A DNA stretch of 64,000 nucleotides from Rubripirellula sp. (lineage in GTDB: Bacteria; Planctomycetota; Planctomycetia; Pirellulales; Pirellulaceae). Below are positions 39,010 through 49,949 of this stretch, one piece after another. Under the pieces are notes generated by a model that did no database searches, had not been told where the DNA came from, and saw only the letters and a list, made by a program, of their open reading frames with translations. The stretch covers positions 5,216,001-5,280,000 of the forward strand of contig OZ244207.1 of NCBI GenBank assembly GCA_965216875.1. Reading direction: 5' to 3'. Position numbers and translations under genes: made by a program. The first letter of the stretch is position 1; each line of letters begins with the position of its first letter.

Positions 39010-40083
39010 ATGGATTCCAAAATCTCACGAAGAAACTGGATTCGCCAAGCGGCCGCAGTTTCTGCCATCGGTGCCTATGGCTTGGCCGGGGCGCGGCAAG
39101 CGAGCGCGTATCCGCAGGCTGCCGATGGATCGGATCGGCGCACGCGATGGAACGAATCGATCAGCAAAGGACTCAATTGGCTCGCGAAAACTCAATCGTC
39201 ACGCGGACAGTGGAACACTCAGGTCTATCCGACGGCAATGGCCGCGTTGGCTGGCACGGCGATGATCGCCAGCGGAAGCACAACCACGCAAGGGCCGTAC
39301 GCGCGTGAGATTGGTCGCGCGTGCGATTACTTGATCAGTAAGAGTCGTGACAATGGATTGATCGGTGACCCTCAAACCGATTCACGCTACACCTACGGGC
39401 ACGGCTTTTCGATGCTGTTCCTTTCGCAGGTGCTCGGCGAGGAGGGGTTGCTTGATCGTCGCGAAGAATTGGTCGAAGTGCTCACCAAAGCGGTCGAGTT
39501 CAGCGGGAACGCTCAAACGGATGCTGGCGGTTGGGGCTACGTCTCGGCTCGCGAAGGAAACGACTTTGACGAAGGCTCGACGACCATCACTCAAGTGCAA
39601 GGTCTCCGTGGTTGTCGCAACGCTGGCATTCCTGTCAGCGGCACGGTGATCACCAAAGCGAAAGAATACATCTACGGATGCAAGAATCCCGACGGTGGCA
39701 TCAGCTACAGCAGTCGACAAAAGGGAAGTAGCCGACCCGCGATCACGGCCGCGGCGCTCGCGGCACTTTACAACGCTGGCGACTACGACAGCGAGCACGT
39801 TCCCGAAATGTGGAAGTATGCCAAGGAAGAACTGCACGACATCAGCGACGGCACGCGCGCTTTCGGACACTGGCACTACACCTACCTGTACTACAGCCAA
39901 GTGGTTTACCGCCAAGGTGATGAGCTTTGGAAACCCTTCCGCGATCGCCTGTACGATCGCATCGTCAGCCAACAACGGCCCGACGGGTTTTGGGAAGGAC
40001 AAATCCACCCGGTCTACGTGACCGCATGCAATCTGGTCATGATGCAACTCGACCGCGGATACCTACCGATCTATCAGCGGTAG
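39010..40083 (+). CDS. Tat-exported prenyltransferase/squalene-oxidase-repeat protein
   Basis: SRRNWI Tat motif; QxxxGxW repeats; YGHGF, GGWGY. Confidence 0.85.
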   Translation: MDSKISRRNWIRQAAAVSAIGAYGLAGARQASAYPQAADGSDRRTRWNESISKGLNWLAKTQSSRGQWNTQVYPTAMAALAGTAMIASGSTTTQGPYAREIGRACDYLISKSRDNGLIGDPQTDSRYTYGHGFSMLFLSQVLGEEGLLDRREELVEVLTKAVEFSGNAQTDAGGWGYVSAREGNDFDEGSTTITQVQGLRGCRNAGIPVSGTVITKAKEYIYGCKNPDGGISYSSRQKGSSRPAITAAALAALYNAGDYDSEHVPEMWKYAKEELHDISDGTRAFGHWHYTYLYYSQVVYRQGDELWKPFRDRLYDRIVSQQRPDGFWEGQIHPVYVTACNLVMMQLDRGYLPIYQR

Positions 40084-40110
40084 TGGTCATATGAGTGTCT
40101 GCCGACGTTT

Positions 40111-40222
40111 GTAGTCCCGCCTTTAGGCGGAATGCGTGAGCCGCTGGCCGTCAGGCCTCGGGCCTTTGTCGAACGCGAAATAGAACAAAGAAAGCCCGGC
40201 CGCTTACGCGATCGCGGCTCAC
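40111..40222. repeat. Composite REP-like element
   Basis: gtagtcccgcctttaggcggaat + gtgagccgctggccgtcaggcctcggg...cccggccgcttacgcgatcgcggctcac. Confidence 0.82.
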
Positions 40223-40299
40223 AGGTGAGCGGCAAGGTCCTAGCCGCCGGATCTGCGTCGCTGTCGCTCCTTGTTCCGGCCTACGCTTCTTTTTCCGGC

Positions 40300-41172
40300 C
40301 TACGCGATTGTCTCATGCAATCCGGTCTTGCGTTGACAGACGGGGCAGAAAAAGGTGCTTCGCTGTGCTTGGACGATTCGTCGAACGTCCGCTTCGTCAC
40401 ATCGCGGGCATCTCATGTCGGCGCGATCGTAGACGCGATGGTAATTCTGATAGCCGCCGGGATCATTGAGCGCGTTTCGGTAGGTCCCGTCACTGAGCGT
40501 GCTCCCTTCGTGCCGGATCGCTTCGCCGAGCACTTCCTTGGTCGCATCCGCAATTCGTTCCCACTGGGCTTTCGACAATCGGTCACAGCGTGTGCGAGGG
40601 TCGACGCCAGCAACAAACAACAGTTCGGACGCGTACAGGTTCCCGATCCCTGCAACCGCGGCCTGGTCGAGCAGGGCGACCTTCACCGCTCGTCGACTTT
40701 TCCCGAGCGCCGATCGCAGCGACGGCCCGGTCACATTGAGAGCATCCTCACCAAGTTTTCCATCAATGAGTGTCTCAACCTCCTTGGGAAAAAGCAGGCG
40801 AACCGTCCCCAGCCCGCGGCGGTCCCAGAACAAGAGTTGCTTTGGCCCCCCATCGCCTGCCCCTCCAGCGCCGAGATGTAATCGAAGCCGCAGGTGCTCG
40901 TCGCCCGGTGGGTCGGCAAGCAGCACCAGTCCGGTCATCCGCGGCTCGATCACGATCGTTTGTCCGTCTTCAATACGAATCATCACCCGTTTGCCGCGGC
41001 GATCGACCGCATCGATTCTCTTGCCTTGAACACGTTGATTGAACGAATCGATTCGCGGTTTAAAGAGGATCGGCTTCCGTTTACAGGGAGGCCGCTCGAC
41101 CTCGCGAATCCGGCAACCGACGATTTCGAGGACACCGCGTCGCATCGTTTCGACTTCAGGAAGTTCTGGCAT
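40300..41172 (-). CDS. mutM: Formamidopyrimidine-DNA glycosylase
   Basis: MPELPEVET, RRGK, LLDQ..VAGIGNLYASE, CPRC...CPVCQ zinc finger. Confidence 0.96.
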   Translation of the reverse strand: MPELPEVETMRRGVLEIVGCRIREVERPPCKRKPILFKPRIDSFNQRVQGKRIDAVDRRGKRVMIRIEDGQTIVIEPRMTGLVLLADPPGDEHLRLRLHLGAGGAGDGGPKQLLFWDRRGLGTVRLLFPKEVETLIDGKLGEDALNVTGPSLRSALGKSRRAVKVALLDQAAVAGIGNLYASELLFVAGVDPRTRCDRLSKAQWERIADATKEVLGEAIRHEGSTLSDGTYRNALNDPGGYQNYHRVYDRADMRCPRCDEADVRRIVQAQRSTFFCPVCQRKTGLHETIA

Positions 41173-41388
41173 CAGTCATCGCTTGGGAAAACCAGGTGGC
41201 ACGTGGGAAAACCGGATGTCGGGCCGTTAGATCGATTCGAGCCGTTCCCGATGGCCTGCGTTGACCTGGAATGAGACTGTGGTGAGAATCTAGACGGATC
41301 ATACAACGATTAGCCCGGACAGGCAGTTTGCCCCGCAGTTTGCCTGTCCCAATCCCCTCGACACCCTGCTTTTTTGAACCCGCTGTCC

Positions 41389-42612
41389 ATGAGTACCACC
41401 CCGAGCCCATCCAACGCCACCGCCTCCGTTCCCGACGAGCGTGGCCGATTCGGAGGTTTTGGCGGCCGCTTCGTTCCCGAAACGCTCACACGTGCCCTGG
41501 ACCAGCTTTCTGAAGAGTACGACCGAGCCAAGACCGACCCCCAATTCCAGCGTGACCTGAATGAGCTGCTCAAAACGTTCATCGGTCGGCCGAGTCCCCT
41601 CTACCACGCCAAGCGGCTGACCGAAGCGGTTGGAGGCGCCCAAATCTGGCTCAAGCGTGAAGACGTCAATCACACCGGCGCCCACAAGATCAACAATACC
41701 GTCGGCCAAGCGTTGCTGACGCTGCGAATGGGCAAGACACGCGTGATCGCCGAAACGGGCGCGGGCCAACACGGCGTTGCCACTGCCACCGCCTGTGCCC
41801 ACTTCGGATTGCCTTGCACCGTCTACATGGGCAGCGAAGACATCCGCCGTCAAAAGCCAAACGTTTTCAGCATGAAATTGCTCGGCGCCGAAATTTGTCC
41901 CGTCGAAAGTGGCTCCAAAACGCTCCGCGATGCCGTCAACGAAGCGATGCGGGACTGGATGGCCTCGGTTGAAGACACCCACTACATCATCGGCAGCGTG
42001 ATCGGACCACACCCCTTTCCGATGATGGTTCGCGACTTTCAATCGGTGATCGGACGCGAGACGCGCGAACAATGTCGCGATTCGTTCGAGCGGCTTCCCG
42101 ATTGCGTGGTCGCATGCGTCGGCGGCGGCAGCAACGCCGCGGGTATGTTCTATCCCTTTATCGAAGATGATGGCGTTCGCTTGGTCGGCGTCGAAGCGGG
42201 CGGCCGAGGACACACTCCTGGCGACCACGCATCGCCGCTGACCTACGGAAGCCCCGGCGTGTTGCACGGCAGCTACAGCTATGTCATGCAAGACGAAGAC
42301 GGCCAAACGTGTGACGTTCATTCGATGAGCGCCGGATTGGACTACCCAGGCGTCGGTCCCGAACACAGCTATTGGAAAGAGACCGGGCGCGTTGACTACG
42401 AAGAATGTGGTGACGACGCGGCAATGGCGGCATTTGATAAACTCGCTCGCACCGAAGGGATCATTGCGGCACTCGAGTCGAGTCACGCGATTGCCAAAGC
42501 GATGGCCGTCGCCGCCGAGATGCCTTCCGATCAACACTTGGTCGTCTGCTTGTCTGGCCGCGGTGACAAAGACGCCATGGAAATCGCCCGTCTGCGTGGC
42601 GAGTCCTGGTAA
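41389..42612 (+). CDS. trpB: Tryptophan synthase beta chain
   Basis: [51 protein letters not shown]. Confidence 0.97.
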   Translation: MSTTPSPSNATASVPDERGRFGGFGGRFVPETLTRALDQLSEEYDRAKTDPQFQRDLNELLKTFIGRPSPLYHAKRLTEAVGGAQIWLKREDVNHTGAHKINNTVGQALLTLRMGKTRVIAETGAGQHGVATATACAHFGLPCTVYMGSEDIRRQKPNVFSMKLLGAEICPVESGSKTLRDAVNEAMRDWMASVEDTHYIIGSVIGPHPFPMMVRDFQSVIGRETREQCRDSFERLPDCVVACVGGGSNAAGMFYPFIEDDGVRLVGVEAGGRGHTPGDHASPLTYGSPGVLHGSYSYVMQDEDGQTCDVHSMSAGLDYPGVGPEHSYWKETGRVDYEECGDDAAMAAFDKLARTEGIIAALESSHAIAKAMAVAAEMPSDQHLVVCLSGRGDKDAMEIARLRGESW

Positions 42613-42677
42613 AGTCGATTCGTTGGCAGCCAACCTTTCGACATCTCGTCCAAACTTCAAGTTCTAAGGAAAGAGCA

Positions 42678-43361
42678 ATGACGCGTTTGACATGGTTATC
42701 CCACGGAAGTTGGCTTATCAAGACGGGTGACGCACGCATCCTGCTCGACCCCTTTTTGACCGACAATCCCGCCGCAACGGCAAAGGCTGACGAGTTTGAT
42801 TCGATCGACCACGTTTTGATTTCGCACGGTCACTTTGACCACGTTGCCGACGCCGCTGCGATCACGAACCGCAACGGCGCCACGTTGATCGGATCGTTCG
42901 AAATCGCTCAATGGTTTTCAGCCAACCATGATGTCCAGTCGACGATTGGGATGAACCTCGGGGGTGCGACAACGCTGCCCTGGGGCACAGTCAAGATGAT
43001 CCCGGCTCTTCACAGCAATTCGCTTCCCGACGGGAGTTATGGTGGCGACCCCGCAGGTTACCTGCTGACCATCGAGGGCAAACGAATCTACTTTGCTTGT
43101 GACACAGCCCTTTTCAGTGACATGCGGCTTTACGCTCACCAAGTCGACCTCGCAATCCTGCCGATTGGTGATCTGTTCACGATGGGGATCGAAGACAGTG
43201 TGGCAGCGACCAAATTGATTGAACCAAAGAAAGTCATGCCGGCCCACTACGGAACCTGGCCGCCGATCGAGCAAGATGCCAATGCGTGGGCCGAGAAGAT
43301 CAAAGCGGAAACGAGCGCCGAACCGATCGTCATGAAGGTTGGCGAGGCAATCGAGGTGTGA
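42678..43361 (+). CDS. Metallo-beta-lactamase-fold hydrolase (UPF0173)
   Basis: SHGHFDH, DTALFSDM, LPIGD.FTM, P.HY.TWP.I. Confidence 0.9.
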   Translation: MTRLTWLSHGSWLIKTGDARILLDPFLTDNPAATAKADEFDSIDHVLISHGHFDHVADAAAITNRNGATLIGSFEIAQWFSANHDVQSTIGMNLGGATTLPWGTVKMIPALHSNSLPDGSYGGDPAGYLLTIEGKRIYFACDTALFSDMRLYAHQVDLAILPIGDLFTMGIEDSVAATKLIEPKKVMPAHYGTWPPIEQDANAWAEKIKAETSAEPIVMKVGEAIEV

Positions 43362-43372
43362 AGCGTCGACCT

Positions 43373-43490
43373 GTGAGCCGTTTGTAGTACCGCCTTCAGG
43401 CGGAATCTCCGTGGGCCGCTGGCCGTCAGGCCGTGGGCCCTTGCTGCGGGCAAAAGAGTTCAAGGCCCGACGCTAGCGCGTTCGGCTCAC
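43373..43490. repeat. Composite REP-like element
   Basis: gtagtaccgccttcaggcggaat + gccgctggccgtcaggcc...ggcccgacgctagcgcgttcggctcac. Confidence 0.82.
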
Positions 43491-43496
43491 TAGAGA

Positions 43497-43814
43497 CTAC
43501 TCAGCGACACGAACCATCACGTCTTCGCCTTCGATTTTGACTTCAAAGCAATCGACTTTGACCTTGGGGTTGTCTTCCCAACTGCCGTCTTTCATGCAGA
43601 AACGCCAAGCGTGCCAGGGACAGGTGACCGTTTTGTCGTCGACGTAACCTTCTGCCAACGAGGCCCCCATGTGAGGGCAGAGGTCGTCGATTGCAAACCA
43701 CTCGTCACCTTGTTTGAAGACGGCGACCATTCGGCCATCGACGGGGACGGCTCGTCCTTGCCCCTCCTCGAAATCGCTCACTTTGCCGACCGTCTCAAAA
43801 TCACTCACTGCCAT
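43497..43814 (-). CDS. Rieske [2Fe-2S] ferredoxin (NirD-like)
   Basis: CPH...CPWH Rieske ligands. Confidence 0.9.
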   Translation of the reverse strand: MAVSDFETVGKVSDFEEGQGRAVPVDGRMVAVFKQGDEWFAIDDLCPHMGASLAEGYVDDKTVTCPWHAWRFCMKDGSWEDNPKVKVDCFEVKIEGEDVMVRVAE

Positions 43815-44045
43815 TCTCACTTGTTTTGGGGCGGGCGTACCTGAATTAGTCGTACTTCGCTCAGGATTCCCTTGCACATTTTGCGTCGCTCTTGTCACAC
43901 TTTACCGTGGAAATCGAGTTTGCCCAGCTAGCCGGCAGATTGCACCGTCACAATCGCGCGTGTGGCAATCCCATACCGCACCAAAGCTCGCTTGTCCGCG
44001 AATCACTGACCACCAGATACCAATCGCCCCAGTAACCTACCGTCC

Positions 44046-45881
44046 ATGATCAATCATCAGCGACGTCGTCTGCTCGAATCTCGCATTTGGCCTCACGTTC
44101 AAACCCCCGCCCAGTACGTCGGTGGCGAACGGAACATCGTGGTCAAAGATCACCGCAACGTGCGCGGCAAAGTCTGTCTCGGTTTCCCCGATGCTTACAC
44201 GATCGGAATGAGCCACCATGGGCTTCAGGTGCTCTATTCGCTGATGAACCGCCGCGAGGACTGGTGCGCCGAACGTGTCTTCACGCCCTGGCCAGACATG
44301 GAAGCGTTGCTTCGCAAGCACGAGATTCCACTCTACAGCCTCGAGACGTTCACGGCGCTGAGTGAATTCGACGTGATTGGGTTGAGCTTGCAGTACGAGA
44401 TCAGCTCGCCCAACGTGCTGACGATGATCGATCTCGGCGGCATCCCACTGGAAGCGGCCGATCGAACGATGGCCGATCCGCTGGTCTTGGGTGGCGGTCC
44501 CTGCTGCCAAAACCCGGAGCCGATGGCCGAGTATTTTGACGTCATGATCACCGGCGACGGTGAACCGGTCCTGCCTTTGGTCTGTGACCTTTGGTTGGAA
44601 CTGAAGAATAAAGTGCGGCTCGAAGATGGTTCCTTTGCCACCGGCGAAGTCGGCCGCAAGCAACGCGAAGACGCCTTGGCCATCGTTGCCCAAAAGATTG
44701 AATCGGCGTACGTCCCACGATTCTATCAACCCGAATACGCCGGTGGGCGAATCGCTGCACTCAATCGAACACGCACCGACGTTCCCGAAACGATCGCGCC
44801 AAGTGTGATCAGCGACTTGGATGGAATTCCGCTGCCGACCAAGCCAATCGTGCCTTACATCGAATGCGTCCACGACCGTATCGCGGTCGAAATCATGCGC
44901 GGTTGCCCACACCTTTGCCGCTTTTGTCAAAGCACGGTCATCAAACGACCGCTTCGGATTCGCGAAGTCGACACGATTGTCGACGCGGCCATCGAAAGCT
45001 ATCGAAACACTGGCTACAACGAGATCAGCATCCTGTCACTCTCCAGTAGCGATTACCCTCACTTCGAACCACTCGTGCGGCGATTGCATGAAGTCTTCAA
45101 GCCGCTCGGGGTCAACATTTCCGTCCCGAGTTTGCGAGTCAACGACCAACTTCGCTCGCTGCCACAATTGATTGGCACCGATCGCCGCAGTTCACTGACA
45201 CTCGCACCCGAAGTCGCTCGCGACGACATGCGAGAACAGATCCGAAAGAAGATCAAAAACAGCGACTTGATCGAGGGCTGCCGCGCAGCGTTCAAGCACA
45301 ACTTCGAAAGCGTCAAGCTCTACTTCATGTGCGGCTTGCCCGGCGAACGTCCCGTTGACTTGGATGGGATCGTCGACCTCGCCGAAGAGATTGCAACGGT
45401 TGGCAAGGAAGTCAAAGGCCGGTACGTGCGGGTGACGGCGAGCGTTTCCAACTTTGTTCCCAAAGCTCACACGCCTTACCAATGGAACGGAATGCAGCGC
45501 CGCGAGTATTTCAAATGGGCTCACAAATACATGTGGAACCGCCGCAAGATTCGCAGTGTGAACATCAAGTGCCACGACATCGAAACGAGTTTGCTGGAAG
45601 GTGTGCTCAGCCGCGGTGATCGACGTACCGGTAAAGCGATTCGCCTGGCTTGGGAACGCGGCGCCCGAATGGACGGTTGGACCGAACACCTCGATCCCGA
45701 GCGTTGGTGGACGTCACTGGCTGATGCTGGCATCGACATCGAAAGCCAGGTCCATGAAAAGTACGAAATGATGGACAAGCTTCCTTGGGATCACGTCAAC
45801 GTCAAGTTTGGACGTGCGTACCTCGAGAAAGAGCAGGGCAGGGCAACGGTGCAACTCGCCGCCATGGCCGACGCTGAGTAG
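44046..45881 (+). CDS. TIGR03960-type B12-binding-domain radical SAM protein
   Basis: P.QYVGGE, FPDAYTIGMS, EIMRGCPHLCRFCQ, LAPE, FVPKAHTP.QW. Confidence 0.88.
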   Translation: MINHQRRRLLESRIWPHVQTPAQYVGGERNIVVKDHRNVRGKVCLGFPDAYTIGMSHHGLQVLYSLMNRREDWCAERVFTPWPDMEALLRKHEIPLYSLETFTALSEFDVIGLSLQYEISSPNVLTMIDLGGIPLEAADRTMADPLVLGGGPCCQNPEPMAEYFDVMITGDGEPVLPLVCDLWLELKNKVRLEDGSFATGEVGRKQREDALAIVAQKIESAYVPRFYQPEYAGGRIAALNRTRTDVPETIAPSVISDLDGIPLPTKPIVPYIECVHDRIAVEIMRGCPHLCRFCQSTVIKRPLRIREVDTIVDAAIESYRNTGYNEISILSLSSSDYPHFEPLVRRLHEVFKPLGVNISVPSLRVNDQLRSLPQLIGTDRRSSLTLAPEVARDDMREQIRKKIKNSDLIEGCRAAFKHNFESVKLYFMCGLPGERPVDLDGIVDLAEEIATVGKEVKGRYVRVTASVSNFVPKAHTPYQWNGMQRREYFKWAHKYMWNRRKIRSVNIKCHDIETSLLEGVLSRGDRRTGKAIRLAWERGARMDGWTEHLDPERWWTSLADAGIDIESQVHEKYEMMDKLPWDHVNVKFGRAYLEKEQGRATVQLAAMADAE

Positions 45882-45891
45882 CAGGCTGGCT

Positions 45892-46280
45892 CGTGAGCCG
45901 GGCACTTGATGCGCGTAAAAGAGAATGCAGGGCCCGACGCTAGCGTTCGGCTCTCCGTTCGCGGTACCGCCTTCAGGCTACCCCAATTGAATCTGTCGCC
46001 CTCCGGGCTTCGCAGTGAGCGAACCAGCATACCGGCGGCTGACGCCGCCAGCTGTGATTTGCCGCCCTCCGGGCTAAGCGGGATTTTGAAACTGTAGCCC
46101 GGAGGGCGATATATCCTTGCCGGTGGCGTAACTCCAATCCGCTACGGGAGCGAGTTCGGACACCGTTCGTAGCACCGCCTTCAGGGGGATTCCCCGTGAG
46201 CCGCTGGCCGTCAGGCCTCGGACCCTTGTCGCGCGCCAAAAGAGAGAATGCAGGGCCCGACGCTAGCGAGTTCGGCTCAC
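45892..46280. repeat. Large mosaic REP-like cluster between convergent genes
   Basis: gagaatgcagggcccgacgctagcg occurs twice; cgccctccgggct twice with the inverted agcccggagggcg; plus the composite element at 46169-46280. Confidence 0.82.
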
Positions 46281-46288
46281 TTGCGCGC

Positions 46289-47224
46289 CTAATCAACGAA
46301 CTCGTGTTGTTCGATGTACGGTTCGATATGCACGTGCACGTCTCGGACGCGCGGCATCGATTCGAGCAGTTCGTCTTTGACTTGGTGGCCGATGCGATGA
46401 CCTTCGTCGACCGTTAGCTTTCCGTTGACTTGAATGTGGATCTCGATGAAGTACTCGAGTCCACTTTTGCGAACGCGCAACTTTTCGACCTCAGTCACAC
46501 CCGCGACCGAAGCGGCGCTGTCGCGGATCGCCAAGACCGTTTCTTCGTCGGCTTGTTGGTCCATCAACTCCGTTGCCGTCGACATGAAGATGCGCAGCCC
46601 CATGATCACCAACAACGTGCACACTCCCATGGCGGCCACCGGATCGACGTAGGGCGCGAACGTGCCGGTGTAGGGTGCAACGAGCAGCGAGATCGCGACG
46701 ACGGCCGATGCGAGGGCGTCGCTGCGATGGTCCCACGCAACGGCGTGCAGCGCCGAGGAACCGAGGTTTTTGGCGACGCGACGCGTGTACTGATAGACGA
46801 CTTCTTTGACAACTGCACAGACGATTGCGATCACCCCCGCAGCCATCGCTGGGACTTCGAGTGTCTCGCGAAACCGACGAATCGTTTCGAGTCCCAGGAT
46901 GCCGGCACTGAAGGCAACCAGCAGGGCGACGCAGAGTCCGGCAATCGATTCCGCTTTGGTATGACCGTACGGATGATCGTCGTCTTCTTTGAGCTGAGCG
47001 ACTGCCAGTGCCCCGCGCACGGCAAGCGCGCTGGCCACGTCACCAATCGAGTTGACCGCATCCGCGATCAGCGCGGACGAACCGGTCAGGATGCCACCGA
47101 CAAGCTTGGCGACCATCAAACAAATGTTGACGCCGAGTCCCCAAACCGCTGCGCGTCCCGCTTCACGGTAGACCTGATCGCGCCGCGCAAGCGTCGATTC
47201 GTCTCGTGGCGGGCTGATCGACAA
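46289..47224 (-). CDS. Cation diffusion facilitator (FieF-like)
   Basis: SSALIADAVNSIGD, HPYGHTKAE, DHRSD, VHVHIEP. Confidence 0.92.
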   Translation of the reverse strand: MSISPPRDESTLARRDQVYREAGRAAVWGLGVNICLMVAKLVGGILTGSSALIADAVNSIGDVASALAVRGALAVAQLKEDDDHPYGHTKAESIAGLCVALLVAFSAGILGLETIRRFRETLEVPAMAAGVIAIVCAVVKEVVYQYTRRVAKNLGSSALHAVAWDHRSDALASAVVAISLLVAPYTGTFAPYVDPVAAMGVCTLLVIMGLRIFMSTATELMDQQADEETVLAIRDSAASVAGVTEVEKLRVRKSGLEYFIEIHIQVNGKLTVDEGHRIGHQVKDELLESMPRVRDVHVHIEPYIEQHEFVD

Positions 47225-47295
47225 AGAATTGCTCGGCGAAAAGGGATGCGTTTGCCTGGGTCCATTGGAATTCTAGTTCATGAGGCGGCTATGCC

Positions 47296-47365
47296 GTAGC
47301 GACGTTCGCAAGAACGTGGGCAACACTTGACCTTTGGTGGACCACCGTCTGGCGAAGGTAGCAAC
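47296..47365. repeat. REP-like inverted pair (GTAGCTAC.TTCGCCAGA family)
   Basis: gtagcgacgttcgcaagaacgtgg ... ccaccgtctggcgaaggtagcaac; same family as 51111-51186. Confidence 0.75.
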
Positions 47366-47454
47366 GGACTTGTCTCATTCGACGTTTCCGCACTGGTGCA
47401 AAGTGTGACCTACGCTTTTGCGAGAACTCTCGCGCTAACCCTCAGGCCTCATAA

Positions 47455-49548
47455 ATGTCACACGCCGCATCATCGGACCAGGCAACGGTCACCCCCGCAT
47501 CACGTCCCATGTTTTGGTTCGCGGCCACGACCCTCTTGGGTGCGTTTCTGGTTTTCCAAGTTCAACCGGTGATCAGCAAGTGTGTGCTGCCATGGTTTGG
47601 CGGGACGCCTGCCGTTTGGACAACCTGCATGTTGTTCTTCCAGATCCTGTTGTTTGGCGGCTACCTGTACGCGCATGTGCTGCGGAGCTGTTTTCGCCCG
47701 GGAATTCAAGCGGCCATTCACTTGGCGCTGCTTTCGGCTGCCGCGTTACTGTTGCCAATCGAACCTTCGGCCGAGTGGAAACCAACCGGTGCCGAATCAC
47801 CGATGTTGCACCTGCTTTGGATGTTGGCCGCTCACGTCGGGCTTCCCTACTTTGTCCTTTCCAGCACCGGTCCTTTGATCCAAGCGTGGTTGAGCTACCA
47901 AGACAACAGCGACCGCGTTTATCGCCTCTATGCGTTGTCCAATGCGGGTTCGCTGGTGGCTTTGTTGAGCTATCCGTTTGTGGTCGAACCCGTGTTGTCG
48001 GTCTCGAATCAATCGGTTGTCTGGTCGCTGATGTTCTGCCTGTTTGTGCTGGCTCAGGGCATCGTGGCCACGGGACTCTTTGGGCGCCGCTTATCGACAG
48101 ACAAAGCCGTCACGGGCGCAACGAACAGCAACGAACAAACCACCGCTTGGAGCATCAAAGCCACTTGGATCGCTCTGCCGGCTTTGGCGTCGACATCGCT
48201 GCTTGTGGTCACCAACCACGTCTGCCAAGACATCGCTGTGATTCCATTCATGTGGGTGCTTCCGCTAAGTCTCTACTTGATCAGCTTCATCGTTTGCTTC
48301 GACTCACCCCAGTGGTATCGCCCTAAGCCGATCGCGGCAACGACACTCGTTGCGATCCTGACGATTCAAGCCAAACACCTGCTGCCAGGCCCAGTGCAAC
48401 TGATCGCCGAAGCATCCTGCTACTTGGTCACGCTGTTGGGTGTCTGCTTGCTGTGCCACGGTGAAGTTGTCCGGTTGAAACCGGCTGCCAGCAAACTGAC
48501 CCAGTACTACGCGATGCTGTCGGCCGGCGGCGCCGTGGGCGGCATCATCGTCGCCATCGTCTGCCCAATCTTGTTTGACAGCTTCCTTGAGTTGCCACTT
48601 ACGTTGGGCGTCGTCACCGCATTGACCTGCATTTTGTACTTCGCGTGCTTGGGCTGGAAAGAAACGACTTACGATTGGTCTGCCGCGAAGCGTTTGCAAG
48701 TGCCAGCGATCGCATTGATGATTGCTCCGATTTTGACTGTCACGCTCGCGCCACAAGACGAAACGATTGCATCGGAGCGAAACTTCTTTGGCGTTCTGGC
48801 AGTGCTTAAGAACGACGAGGGCGTTCGATTGGTCCACGGCAGCACCATCCACGGAATGCAGCGACTTGGTGAACATGCGGCTGAGCCGACCACGTACTAC
48901 GGCCGCGAAAGTGGTGTTGGCCTGGTGCTCGGTCACATGCAATCCGAAAAGGACTCGCTTGACGTTGGCGTCGTCGGATTGGGATGCGGCGTGCTCGCAA
49001 CCTACGGACGCCCCGAGGATCGTTTCGACATGATCGAAATCAATCCGGCGGTGATCGATATCGCGCAAACCCACTTCACCTTTTTGTCGGACAGCCGAGG
49101 TCAGATCGAACATCACATCGGCGATGGTCGATTGGTTCTCGAGCGGATGACCGAAAAGCGGTTCGATGTCCTAGTGCTCGACGCATTCAGCAGCGATGCC
49201 ATTCCGGCCCACCTGCTGACTCGCGAAGCCATCGCGTTGTACCAACAGCGGTTGGCCGAGGGTGGCGTCTTGGCGGTCCACGTCTCAAACAATCACCTCG
49301 ATCTTGCTCCGCTTGTCCATCGCCTTGCCGATGAAGCAGGTCTGCACAGCCGCTTGGTGCTGGGAGCGGGGGACGACGCGGCGGGCATCCACCCCTCGCT
49401 GTGGGTGATCTGTGGCGACCCGTCGAACTCGGTCTGGGGCGAGACAACGATTGCTGAGGCCTCGAAACCGACGCCGACCGAGCTGGAAACGGCCCCCATC
49501 TGGACCGACCAACAGCACAATTTGGTCAGTGTCCTGCGCCTTTGGTAA
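47455..49548 (+). CDS. Fused membrane / spermidine-synthase-like protein
   Basis: LPWFGG, LYALSNAGS, RNFFG, HGSTIHG, GLGCG, GDGRL, DAFSSDAIP, WTD. Confidence 0.88.
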   Translation: MSHAASSDQATVTPASRPMFWFAATTLLGAFLVFQVQPVISKCVLPWFGGTPAVWTTCMLFFQILLFGGYLYAHVLRSCFRPGIQAAIHLALLSAAALLLPIEPSAEWKPTGAESPMLHLLWMLAAHVGLPYFVLSSTGPLIQAWLSYQDNSDRVYRLYALSNAGSLVALLSYPFVVEPVLSVSNQSVVWSLMFCLFVLAQGIVATGLFGRRLSTDKAVTGATNSNEQTTAWSIKATWIALPALASTSLLVVTNHVCQDIAVIPFMWVLPLSLYLISFIVCFDSPQWYRPKPIAATTLVAILTIQAKHLLPGPVQLIAEASCYLVTLLGVCLLCHGEVVRLKPAASKLTQYYAMLSAGGAVGGIIVAIVCPILFDSFLELPLTLGVVTALTCILYFACLGWKETTYDWSAAKRLQVPAIALMIAPILTVTLAPQDETIASERNFFGVLAVLKNDEGVRLVHGSTIHGMQRLGEHAAEPTTYYGRESGVGLVLGHMQSEKDSLDVGVVGLGCGVLATYGRPEDRFDMIEINPAVIDIAQTHFTFLSDSRGQIEHHIGDGRLVLERMTEKRFDVLVLDAFSSDAIPAHLLTREAIALYQQRLAEGGVLAVHVSNNHLDLAPLVHRLADEAGLHSRLVLGAGDDAAGIHPSLWVICGDPSNSVWGETTIAEASKPTPTELETAPIWTDQQHNLVSVLRLW

Positions 49549-49656
49549 TGTGGCAAATCCAACAAAATCGCCACTTTGACTCAAGCCTGCGCGATTGCTC
49601 TTGCTGACTGTTTCACGCCTTTGCTACGGTCGCGAAGTCCCTGTTTTCAGGAAGTC

Positions 49657-49672
49657 TGGCAGTTGATTTGCA
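49657..49672 (+). promoter_or_regulatory. Candidate sigma-54 (-24/-12) promoter upstream of flgM
   Basis: TGGCAGTTGATTTGCA has exact GG-N10-GC spacing, about 280 nt before the flgM start. Confidence 0.35.
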
Positions 49673-49949
49673 TTTGGGCTGGAGAAGGCAGCGGGATCAG
49701 TCGATAAGCGTACTGTTTCCGCCATTTTGCGCTCAAAAGTCTCTAATCGCTGACGGATTGCATCCTGGGACAAGGATAGCGGCGCTAACGACCAACGCGG
49801 AAACACTTCAAATTTGATGGTCTCGGACGACCACGAGTTTGATAAGGTCACATGCGCTTTCCATGCCACGATGCCTTTACCAGGCCGCGAATTGCGGTCT
49901 CGGAGGGGTGTTTGTGGTGGTTCCAGTCCCACACGGGAGCAATTCGACA

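Noticed and set aside
39010..40083. Squalene-hopene cyclase
   Set aside because: Too short, Tat-exported and lacking the DxDD motif; only the generic QW-like repeats are present.
41299..42660. 453-aa minus-strand ORF, and similar long shadow ORFs such as 6664-7641, 44037-44930, 46430-47299 and 54559-55416
   Set aside because: Antisense to well-supported genes such as trpB, with no recognisable motifs; expected in high-GC coding DNA.
49681..49710. Sigma-28 promoter for flgM (gtcgataa)
   Set aside because: No TAAA-like -35 element at the proper spacing.
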